Counted from the first letter of the stretch, positions 40,941-54,915 are shown. The stretch is DNA of 64,000 nt from Isurus oxyrinchus (GCA_026770705.1 JANJGN010000038.1:13888001-13952000); one strand, 5' to 3'. Translations and numbers: made by a program. Notes: generated from the sequence alone by a model not told the origin.

Positions 40941-41369
40941 AATGCTCAAAGCAAGATTATGCTCAATGTGCACATTAACCAGAGCATAACATTCATCAGA
41001 AGGCGCCATGGAAAAGAATTTTGCAAAATTCGCCCGACTATGAGCACCAACCTGAACTTCAGGCATTGCCGGTGCAATACAGAATGCGAGAGAGCAGCAG
41101 GAGACCATTCGGCCGTTCATGACACTCACTACCTTTTTGAAAGAGCACCATCAAATGCATTGGTCAATGCTGCTGAAACTCTTCCAGCAAATTTTATTGT
41201 AGTGTTTCACTGCATCTTGCTCTGTCACTGATCACACTCAGTGTTGCCTGTTCCAGGACCTTGAATCCGAAATGATAAATTATTGCAATAACATCCCAAT
41301 TAATCAGATGCTAATAAAGTAACCATGTTTGACATTTGCAAACCGTATGAACTGGTTCCATTTCCTCAC

Positions 41370-41684
41370 CTGACGTTGATCGAATTTCTTTCTGCTTGTT
41401 ACTGTTGGTTGCGGAATGGGTCACTTGGCATCTGTACACGGAACTGCTGCTCCATTCCCGAAGAGGCACATTCAGGAAGCTCGTGGAGCTGAAGTCTCCT
41501 TTCGATGATTTAACTGGGGGCGTAGTGGTAAAGCCAGAGTCTATGCTATTTCCGTTCTTCTGCCAGGTCACCCCAATGCTTTCTGGCTTGTACTCCCTGA
41601 TGAGGCAAAGCAGCTGCACAAAACCCTTTGCTCTCAGTTCGGAATTTGCGAGGTAGAAGAGACTGATTATTGGAGGAGTCGGCC
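41370..41684 (-). CDS. IgNAR: IgNAR constant exon C1 (GPTPPIISLF...FVQLLCLI...YRCQVTHSATNSNKQKEIRSTS)
   Basis: TTTTAG acceptor, GTGAG donor, 315 nt, phase 1-1. C1-set Ig domain with Cys-Trp-Cys, matching the IgNAR C1 pattern. Confidence 0.95.
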
Positions 41685-41744
41685 CTAAAATTAGAAAAAA
41701 AAACATCTTAGTTCTTTACTAAAAGTACGATAAATCGTTTCCAA

Positions 41745-41945
41745 CATATTTCCACCAGTATTCATCCCTTGGCCAAAATCTAAATCAGATATTGCAGTCA
41801 CAGGCTCATTTTAGGAGTTTGGTATGAGCAAATTAACTGCCGGGTTTCTTACAGGACAATGGTGCCTGCGCTTCAAAAATAATCTCATAGTTTGTAAGAT
41901 GCTATGTGGTGTTCTGAGGACCTGGAAGACACAATAGAAATTCAA
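41745..41945 (+). mobile_element. Decayed Deu-SINE 3' fragment just upstream of the C1 acceptor
   Basis: Similar to the reverse complement of 4795-5000 (CAAATT..CTGCC..GTTTC.TACA...CTTCAAAA). Confidence 0.5.
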
Positions 41946-43009
41946 CTTTTTCCTCAATTATTTATTGGAATATTTGCGCTTTGTTAATTGTCATTTCTAT
42001 TATTATCGTAGCAATGCAATGGAATGTAACACCACCTGAAATCTTATCTAAAATAGAGACCAGATTCTTAAGATAATATGAATGACTCACGGCCCTGGTC
42101 TGCACCGGGTGCAACACAAATGGCGGACAGATTAGAGATTATCATTATTATTATTATCTTAATAACAGCAATTGAAGCTTTACCGACCCGTTCACATAAT
42201 ACAATACAATTGCCTGGAATTTCCTTCCGTCATATCGGCGCACATATGAGAAGGTCACCGCTTAAGCGGGAGGGAACTGAACTGCAACTATTGGGAGTCA
42301 ATCTATGCTCTAATCAGGAAGTTGCATTTCGCTTCCAAGGGCTCGGCAAAAGTCCATGTCCTCGATCCAACCCGACCCTGTAATAATGGAAATTTGGCTG
42401 TGAACTTAGAAAGGTGTTTATTTATTTATTTAGGGCCGATATTAGCGGGCGTGGAGACTGCTCAGGATGGAATCCACAAACCGGTAGTACGCATTTGAAA
42501 TTTATTTTAATGATTTATCACCAATGCCTGTTGCAGGTAGCTATGGAAATTGGAACTTTCCTCAAGCTATTTTAAAAGAAGTACATTGGTAGAAAGGGAT
42601 CAGTCGGAGCAGGTATGAAACTAATGCACCATTATTGCTTGCATGTTATATTTCTGCTTATGAAAGCTGCCTGGGAGCAGGTATGGAGGTGGCTGCAGTG
42701 GTGTTAAATTAAATATTAATGGACTCCTTATATCTGCTGGCCAGCAGAATGAAAAACAGGATGCCACCCAACATTCTTGCAGTCAGCTCCATATCTGCTC
42801 CCACTCAGCCCGTTACAAGCAACACATGAGAATGGGAATATTGTCATAAAGGAAGTCAGGTCTTGAATAACAATTCAAATATTGCTGAAAAAAGGATTTT
42901 TCGGTCGATGATTTTCGTCTTGCACTCATCAGGATAGTTCGCAAGAAATTTTTTACTCTCAGGGGAAACGACATATTTATACCGCATGACAAAACAGACG
43001 CACAAGCCA

Positions 43010-46000
43010 GGAGCTCACGTATTGCGGGTAATGCATTAGCATGGATTAAGGATTGACTATCACAGGGAAGATAAGGAATCGGTATTTAATGTTTTTTTCA
43101 GGTGGAAAAACCACAAAGTTCAGTCCTAGGGCCTCAATTATTTACTATCAAAATTAATTACTTGGAGTCGGGGCAGAGTGTGATATATCCAAATTTGCAG
43201 ACAACATAAAATAGGTGGGAGGGCATGTTGTGATGAACGCATAATCAATTGGCAAGGGAATATAGATGGGTTGAGTAAGTGGGAAAAACTTGCAGATATA
43301 GCTTACTGCAGAAAAGTGTGAGGTTATGCACTATGGTAGGAAGAAGCAAAAGTCAGACTATTATTTAAATTGAGAGATGCTCCAAAAACGTGCAGCAGAG
43401 ACGGATCTGGTTGTTATAGAACCAATAACAAAGAAAAGTACAGCACAGGAACAGGACCTTCGGCACTCCAAGCTTGCGCCGATCATACTGCCTGTCAGAC
43501 TAAAACATTGTACAACTCCGGGGTCCATATCCCTCTATTCCCATCCTATTCATGTATTTGTCAAGCTGCCTCTTAAACACCACTATCGTACCTGCTTCCA
43601 CCACCTCCTCTGGCAGCAAATTCCAGACACTCACTACCCTCTGGGTAAAAAGCTTGCCCTGCTTATCTCCTATTAGGTTTTCTCCTCTCACCTTCAATAT
43701 ATGTCCCCTAGTAATTGACTCTTCCACCCTGGGAAAAAAAAGCTTCTATCTACTCTGTTCATGCCACTCATAATTTTGTAAACTTCTATCAAGTCGCCTG
43801 TCAATCTCTGTTGCTCTAATGAGAACAATCCGAGTTTCTTCAACCTCTCTTCATATACAATAACCTACAGACCAGGCAGCATCCTGCAAAACCTCCTCTG
43901 CATCCTCTCCAACGCCTCCATATCCTTCTAGTAATGTGGTGACGAGAACTTCAAGCAATAATCCCAGTCTGGCCTAACCAAGGTTCTATACAGCTGCAGC
44001 ATGACTTCCAGGCTTTAAGACTCAATAACCCTGCTGATGAAGGCAAGCATTCCATATGCCTTCATGACTATGTTATCCAACTGCGTTGCCACTTTCAGTG
44101 GCCTGTGGATCTGTACACCCAGATCCCTTTGCCCGTCGATTCACTCAAAGTTTCTGACATTTAGTGTATAATTCCTACCTGTATTAGACATTCCAAAAGG
44201 CAGTACCTCCCATTTGTCGGGATTAAACTCCATGTGCCATTTCTCCGCCCAAGTCTCCAACCTATCTATATCCCATTGTATCCTTTGACAATCCTCTTCA
44301 CTATCTGCAACTCTTCCAAAATTAGTGTCGTCTGCAAACTTACTGATTAACCCAGTAACATTTTCTTCCAAATTATTTACATATCCTACAAACAACCAAT
44401 GTCCCATCACTGATCACTGTGGAAATCCACCGATCCCACCTCTCCATTCAGAAAAGCAACCTTCCACTGCTACCCTCTGTCTTCTATGACCAAGGCAATT
44501 CTGCATCCATCTTACCAACTCACATCTGATCCCGTGCGACTTTACCTTCTGTGCCAGTCTGCAATGAGGGACATTGTGAAAGGCCTTACTGAAATCTATG
44601 TAGATAGAATCCACCGCCCTTCCATCGTCGATCATCTTTGTCACTTCCTCGGAAACTCGGTCAAGTTAGTGAGACCACGACCTTCCCTTCAAAAACCATG
44701 CTGCCTCTCACTAATACACCCATTTGCATCCAGATGCTAGTAAATCCTGTCACAAAGAATCTTCTCCAATAATTTCCATACCACTCACCGGTGGAACAAC
44801 ATTGCACATGAAGCACAAAAACAAATTTATCAAACAGGTGCAACAGGTGATTAATAAGTCAAATGGATTTTGGTCTGTATTGCTAGGGGGTTAAAGTGTA
44901 AAAACAGGAAGTATTTTTACAAATGTGGAGGGCCTTGTTGAGGCCGCACCTGGAGCACTGTCTGTAGTTTTGGTTCCTGATTTTCAGAGAATCACTGAAT
45001 CACACAGTGCAGAAGGGGCCTTTCGGCCCATCGAGTCTGCACCGACACGTGAGATCTACCTACCTAATCCAATTCACCAGCACATGTCCCATAATCTTAA
45101 ATGTTATGATGTGCCAAGTGCTCATCCAGGAACTTTTTAAAGGATGTGAGGCAACTTGCCTCCACCACCCTCCAATTCAGCGCATTCCAGAATGTCAAAA
45201 CCCTCTGGGTAAAAATGTTTTTCCTCACATCCCACCTAAGCCTCCTGCCCCTCACCATGAACTTATGTCCCTTCGTGACTGACCCTTCAACTAAGGAGAA
45301 CAGCTGTTCCCTATCCACCCTGTATATGCACCTCATAATCTTGTACACCTCGATCAGAACGCCCCTCAATGTTCGCTGCTCCAACGACCACAAACCCAGT
45401 CCATACAACCTCTCTTCATAACTTAAATGTTTCATCCTAGGCATCATCCTGGTGAATCTCCTCTGCACCTCCTCCACTGCAATCATGGAGCGACCAGAAC
45501 TGCACATGTTACTCCAGCTGTGGCCTCACCAAGGTTCTATACTTCTCCAAGATGTCCTCCCTGGTTTTGTAATCTATGCCTCGATTGATAAAGGCAAGTG
45601 TCTTATATGCTTTTTTCACCACCCGACGAACATGACGCTCTGCCTTCAGACATCTAGGGACACACACGCCAAGGCCCCTTTGTTCCTCAGAACTTCCTCC
45701 TGTCGTGCCTTTCATTTGAATTCTTCCTTGTCAAATTACTCCTTCCAAAGCGTATCACCTCATACTTTTCAGGGTTAAATCCCATCCACCACTTATCTGC
45801 CCATTTGACCATCCTTTGCATATATTCCTGTTACCCAAGACACCCTACCTCACTGTTAAACATCTGGGAAATCTTTGTGTCATCCGAAAACTCACTAATC
45901 CTACCCCCCACATAGTCTTATATGCCGTTAATATGAATGATGAATAAAAGGGGACCCAGCACACATCCCTGTGGTACGCCAATGGACGCTGGTTTCCAGT

Positions 46001-47190
46001 CACTAAAGCATCCCTGTGTCATCACACTCTGTCTCAGACAACTAAGCGAATTTTGAATCCACCTTATAAATTACCCTGTATCCCATGCGCATTTGCCCTC
46101 TGTATAAGTCTCCCATGTGGGAACTAATCAAAGGATTTGCTGAAATCCACATAAACTACATCAACAGCATTACCCTCATCTACCCGCCTGGTCCCCTTCT
46201 CAAAAAAGTGAAGCAAATTTGTTAGGCATGGCCTCCCTCTGACAAAGCCATGCTGAATATCCCTGTTCAAGCCTTGCCTCTCCAAATGTAGGTCGGTTCT
46301 ATCCTTCAGAATTTTCTCCAATAGTTTCCCTACCACTGATGTGAGACTCACTGGTGTGTAGTTTTCTGGCTTATCTCCATACCCCTTCTTCAATAGCGGA
46401 ACCAAATTCACTGTTCTCCAGTCCTCAGGCACATCCCCGATGGCCATAGGGGAATTAGAAATTTGGGCCAGATACCTGCTCCCCTCAGCAGTTTGGGACA
46501 TAAATCATCTGGACCTGGAGGTTTGTCCACCTCTAAGCCTGCCAACAACTCCAATATCTTGTCAGTCCCAATGTCAATTTGCTTAAGAACCTCGCAATCT
46601 CTCTCCAATAGTTCGAACTTTTCATCCTCATTCTCTTCTGTGAAGACGCATGAGAAGTATTCATTCAACACATTTAAGAAAGGAAGTACTCGCATTGAAG
46701 GCAGTTCGAAAGATATTCACTGGGCTGATTCATGGAATGAAGGAGTTGACTTATCAAGAATGGCTAAACAGTTTCGGCCTTTATCCATTAGAGTTTTGAA
46801 GAATGAGTGTTATCTTAGTGAAACGCACAAAATCCTGAGGTTGTTTGGCAGGGTAGGCGTTGAGAAAATATTTCCACCACTGGGGAAATCTAAAACTAGG
46901 GGACATGGTTAGAAAATAAAGGGACAATCATTTGAAGATGAGATGCAACGGAATTTGGCCTCTCAGAGGGTAGTCAATGTCTGGAATTCTTTACCCCAGA
47001 GTGTTGTGGAGGCTAGGCTACCGAAAGTACTTAAAGAGGAGATGGATGTGCTTTTGCAATATCAGGAAGTTGAGAGCTATGAGGAGCTGGCAAGAAAGAG
47101 GAGTTGTGGCCTGGGGCAGATCAGTTATCATTTTATTGAAAGGCGGGGCAGGCTTGAGAGGCCAAATGGCCTACTCCTGCTCCTCTTTGT
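43010..47190. mobile_element. Nested CR1 cluster: a plus-strand CR1 interrupted by two minus-strand CR1 insertions (~43415-44800 and ~44985-46672)
   Basis: The plus-strand RT sequence resumes colinearly after each insert. Inserts carry ISKFADDT, DFSKAF and PVSLTSVVGK motifs on the minus strand. Confidence 0.85.
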
Positions 47191-47599
47191 TTTGTTCATA
47201 AAAGATTGCTGAATGTTGGAAAATGGCTCTGATTGGTAGAGGCTCTGCCGCGGAGGATGCACAAGCATCAAGCTTACATAGAGAGCAAATGGCTCGGGCC
47301 CAATTTAGAGGTTTTACGATAAGACCAATTTTATAGTGCTTAGTACTTTAAGAGTCCCAACGCGTGTATTGGGCATTGTGGGTTGACCTGCAGCAAACGC
47401 TGATTGTGAGCACTTGTTAATTTATGACTGAACTGTTGTCAGTGATGTAGGTCTAATATTTCTTCACTTTTGCTCTGCTAAGTAGTGATTGTCAAATATT
47501 GAATGCACATTGATTCTTTCTCTGTCATTTCCCATTTAAACCCTGCCCTTCGGCGATGTTATCTGAAACCACACCATTAATTTTCACCTCTATGATGAT

Positions 47600-48440
47600 G
47601 ATGCTGAATTCTACACCACCACCACCACTATCGACTCCTCCAATGTCATGAAATTGCCAGACTAATGCCCGACATTCAGTCCTAGATTAACAGTAATTTC
47701 GCCCAACTAAATATCGGGAATGCTGAAGCCGTGATCTTCAGAACCAGCTGCACATTCCATTCCCTTGAAGCCGGTTCCACCCCTCTGTCTGTCAATGGCT
47801 GAGGCTGTATCACACTCTTTGCCACTTTTAGTGTAATTATTTGACCCCAAGACCAGTTTCTGACCATATATTTGCTCCATTGCTCCGACAGTCTATTTAA
47901 ACCTCAGGAAGATCTTCCCACTCCGCTCAAACTTCTCCACAATCTATGCTGCAGCTTCATTCATACCTTTATTCCCTTTAGATTTGGCTATTCCAATGCA
48001 CTTGTAGCCAATAGCCCACATTCTATCCTCAGTGAACTTTAGGTCATCGAAAACTACTGCCCGTGTATTAATCACGTTAAGTACCATTCACCAATCACCT
48101 TCTGCTTGCTGAATGGCATTGTGCCCCGTTCAACCAAAGCATTGATTTTTAAATTCCCATCCATCCATGATCTTGAACATCCCACACCCTGTAAAGTCAT
48201 CCAGCTACGTAAGTTTCCAAAAATGTGGGCCTGCCAAATAAAGCTTCTCTGATTTTAATTGCACCCCTGCCCGCCCTAAGGACCGAAGCACTAGAATTCC
48301 CTCTCTAAACTTCACCCCTTATCCAGCGTTTTTTTTAACCAAACATTAGCCATTCTCCTAATTATCACCTTACGTATCTCATTGGTTTGGCTTTTAAGAC
48401 TCCTCTGAAGTGCATTGGGAAGTTTCATTGCGCTGAAGAT
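47600..48440 (+). mobile_element. L2-type LINE 3' remnant; related copy at ~57050-57790
   Basis: LSVIFDP, IHTFI..RF.YSNAL and PIT..LA..H remnants typical of the L2 RT C-terminus; the two regions resemble each other. Confidence 0.6.
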
Positions 48441-48862
48441 AATGTAAGTCCAAGTTTTGTTTGTTAACTGCTATCGATAACCTGTTTTACCTTTCATGTT
48501 TATGGAGCACTATGGTTTTGTAACTTCACCTGGAAACATTTTCAAACAAAATTTTCTGAAATAATGGGATTCATATTCGACAGCAAAAAAGAATTTAGGA
48601 CACACTCAAATCATTCATGATATCATCAAATCGTGGAACAAGATGAAGCGGCACATCAGCTCACTCCAAATGCTTTTGTTCGCATCGGCTAATGATAACA
48701 ATCCAAGTTCATCTAAGTTGCTTCATAAGTTAAATCCCGTGTCACATGTACTATTATAGCTTATTTCCTCTATGCCCTTGCTAAGATGTTAACATCATCC
48801 CTTATCTGCAGTTCACATAATTAGGCACATTATTCCACATGGTTCTTAAGCACTATTCTTAC

Positions 48863-49597
48863 TGTTATGACACAACGGTTGATAAAGGCTAACCTTTAAA
48901 ATCCCAGATGGAAACTTTAAACAACTGTCATTATCTATATTTTCAATTGGTGCGTTTGAGATGCAACTCTGAATTCAGAAATGAACCCCCTCAACCCTTC
49001 AGTGGTTATTATATCAAACTAAATGATACATTTATGAATAGACAACAAGGCATTGAACACATAAACATTTCTACAAATTATTAACATAACTTATAACAAA
49101 TTTCCAAATTAATCTCCAAGAAGGCAAAAATAGCCAATAGACTTAACCAGAGCCCCGGCAAAGCAATTTCATCTTATGAATTGAAAATGAGTTTCCTTTC
49201 AAGTTGGTTCCTTTGCAGGCAGCTGTAGGCTTACAGCTTTTGACCTTACATGACTCTGGTTTCAACACACAGAACTCTTACGCATATACCGAGCCTTCCC
49301 CTTTGAATGCAGTTGTTCATTCTATCACCAGGTCATTTGAACGCCTTTCACAATACCAATTTTGTTAGTAATATAGACATTGCTTTGTTTCTCTTGGCTT
49401 AGTGCAAGTTTTCGCTCTGCTTCTCGAATGCTGCATTCAACAAAATGCAAATGCACCCTAGCATACTGTTTACATCTCAAAATTACTATACATCAAAGCA
49501 GGCAGGCAAGCTGCCTTTAGTCCAATTAACACACACAGACTAAACCCCTATTTAAAAAAAACAATTACATTGCATAGATTAATATTTCTTCCTGACA
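48863..49597. mobile_element. Probable solo LTR (735 bp) inserted in a decayed minus-strand CR1
   Basis: Termini TGTTATG...CCTGACA; flanks TTAC/TTAT (4-bp TSD with one mismatch); CR1-like sequence on both sides. Confidence 0.45.
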
Positions 49598-52500
49598 TTA
49601 TTTTAAGTTTAGCATAACCTTATTACCTTATGCTTTATGAAACAACTGCAAATGTCTGCCACCTTCAAGATCACTGTGCATGCGGCCCCAGGTCGCTCGA
49701 TTCCAGTCCCCTTCTCCACCGACTAAGAACTGATTATTTAGTTTTTGTTACAATTTCTCATTCATCCATCAAAAACCTATACCACAACACTTCCCTGCAT
49801 TTAACAGAACCTGCAATGCATCAACCCAGTTGACCAGTCAGACTACGTTAGCTCTTCATTATATTTACACATTGCATGCCATCTGAAATCTTTGAAATTC
49901 TGCCCCGTATCCCTGAGTCCAGGTCATTAATATGTACCAGAAAGAACAATAGTTCTCAAACCGCCCCGGGCTGACAACGGGCAATTTCTTCCAATCAGAA
50001 ACAATAATTCAGAACCATTATTCGGTGACTTCTATCCCTTCCCAAATCTTGTATTCAGCCTGTCGCCTCCATTTTAACCCCGTGGACTTTAGTTTTGATG
50101 CTTAAGCAAACAATATTTGTGGGTCCATATACTCAGCATCACCTGCACTGAGCTCAACAACCGTCTCTGCTACACCATCAAAAATTCATCCAAGATAGTT
50201 AAACATAATTTTCCTTTAACAAACTCCGTTTGCTTGTAACTAATGAACTGTAGTTGAGAGTACCAATTAATTTTCGCCGCATTATTGTCTGTACAGTTTT
50301 CCACATTTCTACTTCTGGGCTGATTGGCTGCATTTTTCAAGTTCTCTGCTTTGTGTGCCCGGGTACAACATTTTGGAACACCCAGTCTTCCAGGACCACT
50401 GTCATATCTAAGGAGGTTTGAAGGCTGTGGTGGTAGCTTTAACTGTTTCATCACTTGCTTCTATCAGCATTCCATCCGTCCATGTGATTTTTTTCTTCTT
50501 TAAGCGCTGCTAACATTTAAGTAACGATTTTAAATATATTGAATCACTTCAGTTTCCTTAGTGCCCCCAACTTACTGTGACATTGACAGAATTAAGCAAC
50601 TTTTTCAGTGAAGGCACAAGTAAACTATTTATTTTTGCCTCTGCCACGCCCTTTACCGCCAGAACAATATAGGTTTCGGTGCCTAATTATCCTCACACTT
50701 CCTTTGACAATCCTACTGCTTAGGTGCTCATAAAAGAAGTTATTAAACACTTTGAGTTTGCCTTTTATTTTAAAGGCATATATATATTCACATACATTGC
50801 CACTATTATTCTGTTTTTCTCGTTCGCCCTTTACATTATATGCTCAATTTGCTTCTGTACTTATGAAACATACATTTCCCATAAGCATTGCGATTCTGCT
50901 TCATATTAATTTCTACGTTTAGTCATTCATGGAATTCCAGTTTGATGTTCTTCCCTTTCATTTCATGGAAATGTGTCTACCCTGTACCGAGCCATTTTCT
51001 CTTTAAAGATCTATTATACGTTTGTGGTTTTAACTATCAATTTATGATTCCAATCATCCTGTGTCAGGTCCATTAACATATCATTGAAAATGTTTCACAA
51101 TTTTATATGTATTTTTTCTCATTTTCTGGGAGGATTTTTCATGCAGTTCTGCCTTAATATTAGTAGTTTACAGGAATTAGCATTAAATAAAGGGCGGTTT
51201 TTATTCCTAGAGTCCTCTCTCTATATTGGATCTTTTGGGCTCTCTCACTGCGATATGAGAACAGTACATTACTGTCGTGTCATTCGTTGCCACAAAACGT
51301 TCCTTGGCTAACCAGTAAGAATAAGAAACTAGTTACACAGTGGCACAAGACAAATGGGAAGATACGATTTGAAAATGGATGAAGAATGAGATTTACTTCG
51401 GGAAGATGAAAAAAATAAAAAAACGCAAGGATAAACACGGGGTTTGCCTCGACTGAAAATAAAATACTTTCATAAAGATTGAATGTTAGAAGGGCATGGT
51501 GTGGAGGAGTTCAAATGTGAGAACGTTAAGTTGAAATTGGAAAAAAAAATAAGAAACTGCAAGAGGTAATTGATGGCACATAGCCTAAAATATCAATAAC
51601 AGACAAAGAGCAGATGATTTATCGAGAAACTTCCAAATATCTTTGGACTGAACCTGTGCCAGAGATATGGAGTGTTAGCAATGCAGTTTAATTATTTGAG
51701 CAGTGGTAAAGGAATACACAGGATAAGGGTGGAGCAAATAATGATAAGTCATCTTCTGGAGTCATAAAGGTGAAGGAAATTACCATTATTTATGGACTTG
51801 AATGTGTTCGAGTGAAAATCGCAAACAATCATTCTTCAGATATGTCGGGAAGATAACATGGGCAAAGTTGGGAAGGATTTTTATAGGAGATTATATAGGC
51901 AGCCTAAAAAAATGGAAAATTCGGAGAAAAATAAAATGTATCACAAATTACAGTTGATGAAAGTGTACAAAACTGAGTAAAAATTGACAGGTGTCTGCAA
52001 AAATAAAAGATGGAGTGCGGAAATGGGGATGAGGAAGTGAACAATTTAATCAGCTGCATAATTATGGCCAATGCAAGTCTTAAATTAACAATCATTTGCC
52101 AAGTTGGAAAAAAAACTATATAAAATTATTTCCCTCTGATGTTGAGAATGTGAATATTATTGAAGTATATGTTGCAACCAACGTTTTACCCGTTGATTTG
52201 TCAGTAAAGGCAAGGAATGATATTAAGCCACAAAACCTCCTTTTCCGACTTCAGGGAACCGCAATTAGCATTCAATCTTCCTCTTTACACTATTTGATAA
52301 AGGGTTTAAAACATTTTTATGTCAATAAATGAATGCCTGCTTTATCGGTCCTGTAACAGCTCAAGGGAAAGTTAACAGTTTTAACGTAGCTTAAATTGGG
52401 GAGCATCAGTTGCAGAGAGAAGGAATTCTATGGGTGGAACAACCTGTATGACTCCAGGTAATGGAAGCGATACCAGTTTATCGCCACGTGTTTTATTTTT

Positions 52501-53320
52501 CAGCTTTCATAGAATATTGCACTTTTCTATTAATGACTGTTCCATCTATGCAGCGATTCCCTTTAACCTCAGCAATGCTCCTAGTCCAGTCTGCATCTCA
52601 CCCCTACCTTCTCAGTGTTAATGGGCTAAAGGTTCATCTCTGCCGATGGCGCAAATCGGGCAGAAGCGGATCGGCAGCTATTATGCGCAGTGCCTGATGT
52701 AACGCCCATTGCAGTCAGTGAAACATAACATCAGATGCTGCTTTAAACAGGCGGCCGAGCCAAAACCGCCCGTCTTTGCACTACCACCAGGGACGGATTT
52801 CCAGCCCTCAGATCCCAAATTAACAAATTTCTTCTTCTAATACAGTAAGGCAATGAACGGTATAACATACCAAGTGTTAGAAAAAGCTTCACCATTCTCA
52901 ATAAAGCTTTAAATAAAGGGGCAGGGAGGGGGTGGTTGGGGAGCAGCTCTTACTTTATTTCCATGCATCGAATTTAAAAGAGAATATAATTGGAACATTG
53001 TAAACTGCTGTTGTTTCAAAGCTCTCTGCTGTTCCTCCTAATCATAAACACAGAGCGCAGCTATCAGCTGAAATACAGGTCTAGGATACAGGATTCCATG
53101 GAAACATGATTCCCATATCATTGCAGTCCAGAGCTGAAATTGGTAATACAACACAACCTGATAGCGAATCGCTAGTTAGTGTTTCACCTTATACTGTCTA
53201 ATTTCCATTGAAGTTCACAGAACAACATTTCAATCTCCTTTAGGAAACTCGACTGGTTTCACTGTCATTTTTCCTTGATGAGAAATTAAAACGATGACAT
53301 TGTAGTCCACGTCAACCGAG

Positions 53321-53376
53321 TGGGGGGTGGGGGGGGGGGGGGTCGGGGGGTGGGAGGAGGGGGGCTGGTGGGGGAA
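53321..53376 (+). repeat. G-rich low-complexity tract in the J-C1 intron
   Basis: Multiple runs of 3 or more G within ~55 nt. Confidence 0.85.
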
Positions 53377-54052
53377 GCTGGCGCTTGTAAAATAGGTTTC
53401 TCAATTTCTAGCGCACCTTTAACGCCACTGGGACAGACCAGTGTCATGCCCAGTGAGTCACTTTCTAGGTCACTGACTTGTGCCCTTAAATCAAAAGCCA
53501 CAAATCTCCAGGTGCGAATGGACAACAGATTTTTAGGGTTCTGTTCCGATATTAACGTAAATCTTTGTCATAGAGAACGATAAAAGGTTTAGAGGGAGTA
53601 ATAAATCGTAAGCTGTGTTTTACAAAATAATAGCACGCATCATTTACTTGCTTTCAGAAACCATTCCTCACTGCAAAATTGTATTAACTTTTCGGATTAG
53701 AATTGTTGCCTCTACTTTGTGAAGGAACATCTCAGTAAGGAGGAACTTTGCAAATCCGGTTCCGTTTTAAGTATTTAAAACATCACCATCTTTCTAAACA
53801 ACTATCTTAAGTGTTATGTGACAGATAAGTTATAAACCTAAAACCAATTTCACTAGATTCTCGAAAGAAATACCTTTTGAAATAACAAAGTTCTAAGCCC
53901 TTTCGAAGTTGACTGACAGTCAAACCAATCAGGTCCTGGAAAGAGCTGCGAACATCACAAACCTGCTTCAGCCGATTTGAATGAGAACATTAATTCTTCT
54001 TATCCTATATGTACAAAATCTTACTAACAAATTAGAAAGAAAGGTCACTTAC

Positions 54053-54100
54053 CAGAGTTCACAGTCAGCACCGTGCCAGACCCATCGTAGTTGTTACAGT
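54053..54100 (-). CDS. IgNAR: IgNAR J segment (CNNYDGSGTVLTVNS, phase 1)
   Basis: YDGxGTVLTVN FR4 motif typical of VNAR; GTAAG donor at 54052. Confidence 0.95.
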
Positions 54101-54139
54101 CACAGTCAGTCAGCTCCCAGTCAGCCCAGTTCAAAAAGT
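54101..54139 (+). other. J 5' recombination signal sequence (23-bp spacer)
   Basis: CACAGTC - 23 nt - TCAAAAAGT abutting the J coding end. Confidence 0.9.
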
Positions 54140-54454
54140 ATCAACGAAGAAGAATTTGGCAATAAATATTCCAAAGCAAGACGGATCCAAGGACATGTTG
54201 CATACTTTTTATTCCTTAATAAAACTTTATTTTCTGTCCGTTTCTGTCCGTGCCGATAGTTCGTATGAGCAATGGGGCTTTTTGTAACATTGAAAAAGAC
54301 AATCCAGTGTTTCAATTTTACTGGGAATGCGGATAGATTCCAAACAAAAGTCGATCAGGAATTGATTTCAACCTCTGTGCAGCAAGAGATCAAGTGTAAG
54401 AAAGTAGATTCTTCAGCAATATTCACGAGCAGTAAAGTAAATAACTGTCGGGGA

Positions 54455-54522
54455 GGTTTGTGCTGTGGCCCGAGTCACTGTGTCATAGCAGTTACACATC
54501 AATTCATTCCAACACAATAAAT
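54455..54522 (-). other. IgNAR: D3 segment (core 54483-54494, TAACTGCTATGA) flanked by two 12-RSS
   Basis: Minus strand CACAGTG(54482-76)-12-GCACAAACC; plus strand degenerate CACATCA(54495-501)-12-ACAATAAAT. Confidence 0.87.
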
Positions 54523-54837
54523 CCATTCTCCAAAACTTTACAATAAATCCTTCAGGTGTTCAAAAAATTGATTGAAAAATGTGGTAAATCGTTGCCTTTA
54601 TGTTAGGATCCCTTAGATGTCTATAATTCTCACCCACTAGAAAAATCCTGGCGAATGTAAAGTGTTCCATTATGAAGATGACATTTATAAAATTTATAAA
54701 ATAACCACCTAAATAGCTAGAAAAAAGCCTTTAAAATACCAGGCACTGTCTGACGAAGATAATAAATATTTAGTCATGAGATATCTTAGCCACTCAGAAA
54801 GTGATATCTGTTCACTTTGCCTTAAGAGGTGTGGGGA

Positions 54838-54915
54838 AGTTTATGTATTATGCGAATCCAGGATTCATCACTGTGGCACACCAGTCACACAGTCATAGGG
54901 ATCAGTGCAAAAAGG
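54838..54915 (-). other. IgNAR: D2 segment (core 54876-54887, TGACTGGTGTGC) with 5' 12-RSS and 3' 22-RSS
   Basis: Plus strand CACAGTC(54888-94)-12-GCAAAAAGG; minus strand CACAGTG(54875-69)-22-ACATAAACT. Confidence 0.92.

Noticed and set aside
41685-54052. Separate hinge exon or tandem switch region in the J-C1 intron
   Set aside because: J splices in frame to C1 (TVNS-GPTPP); I saw no supportable hinge exon or AGCT-rich tandem array.
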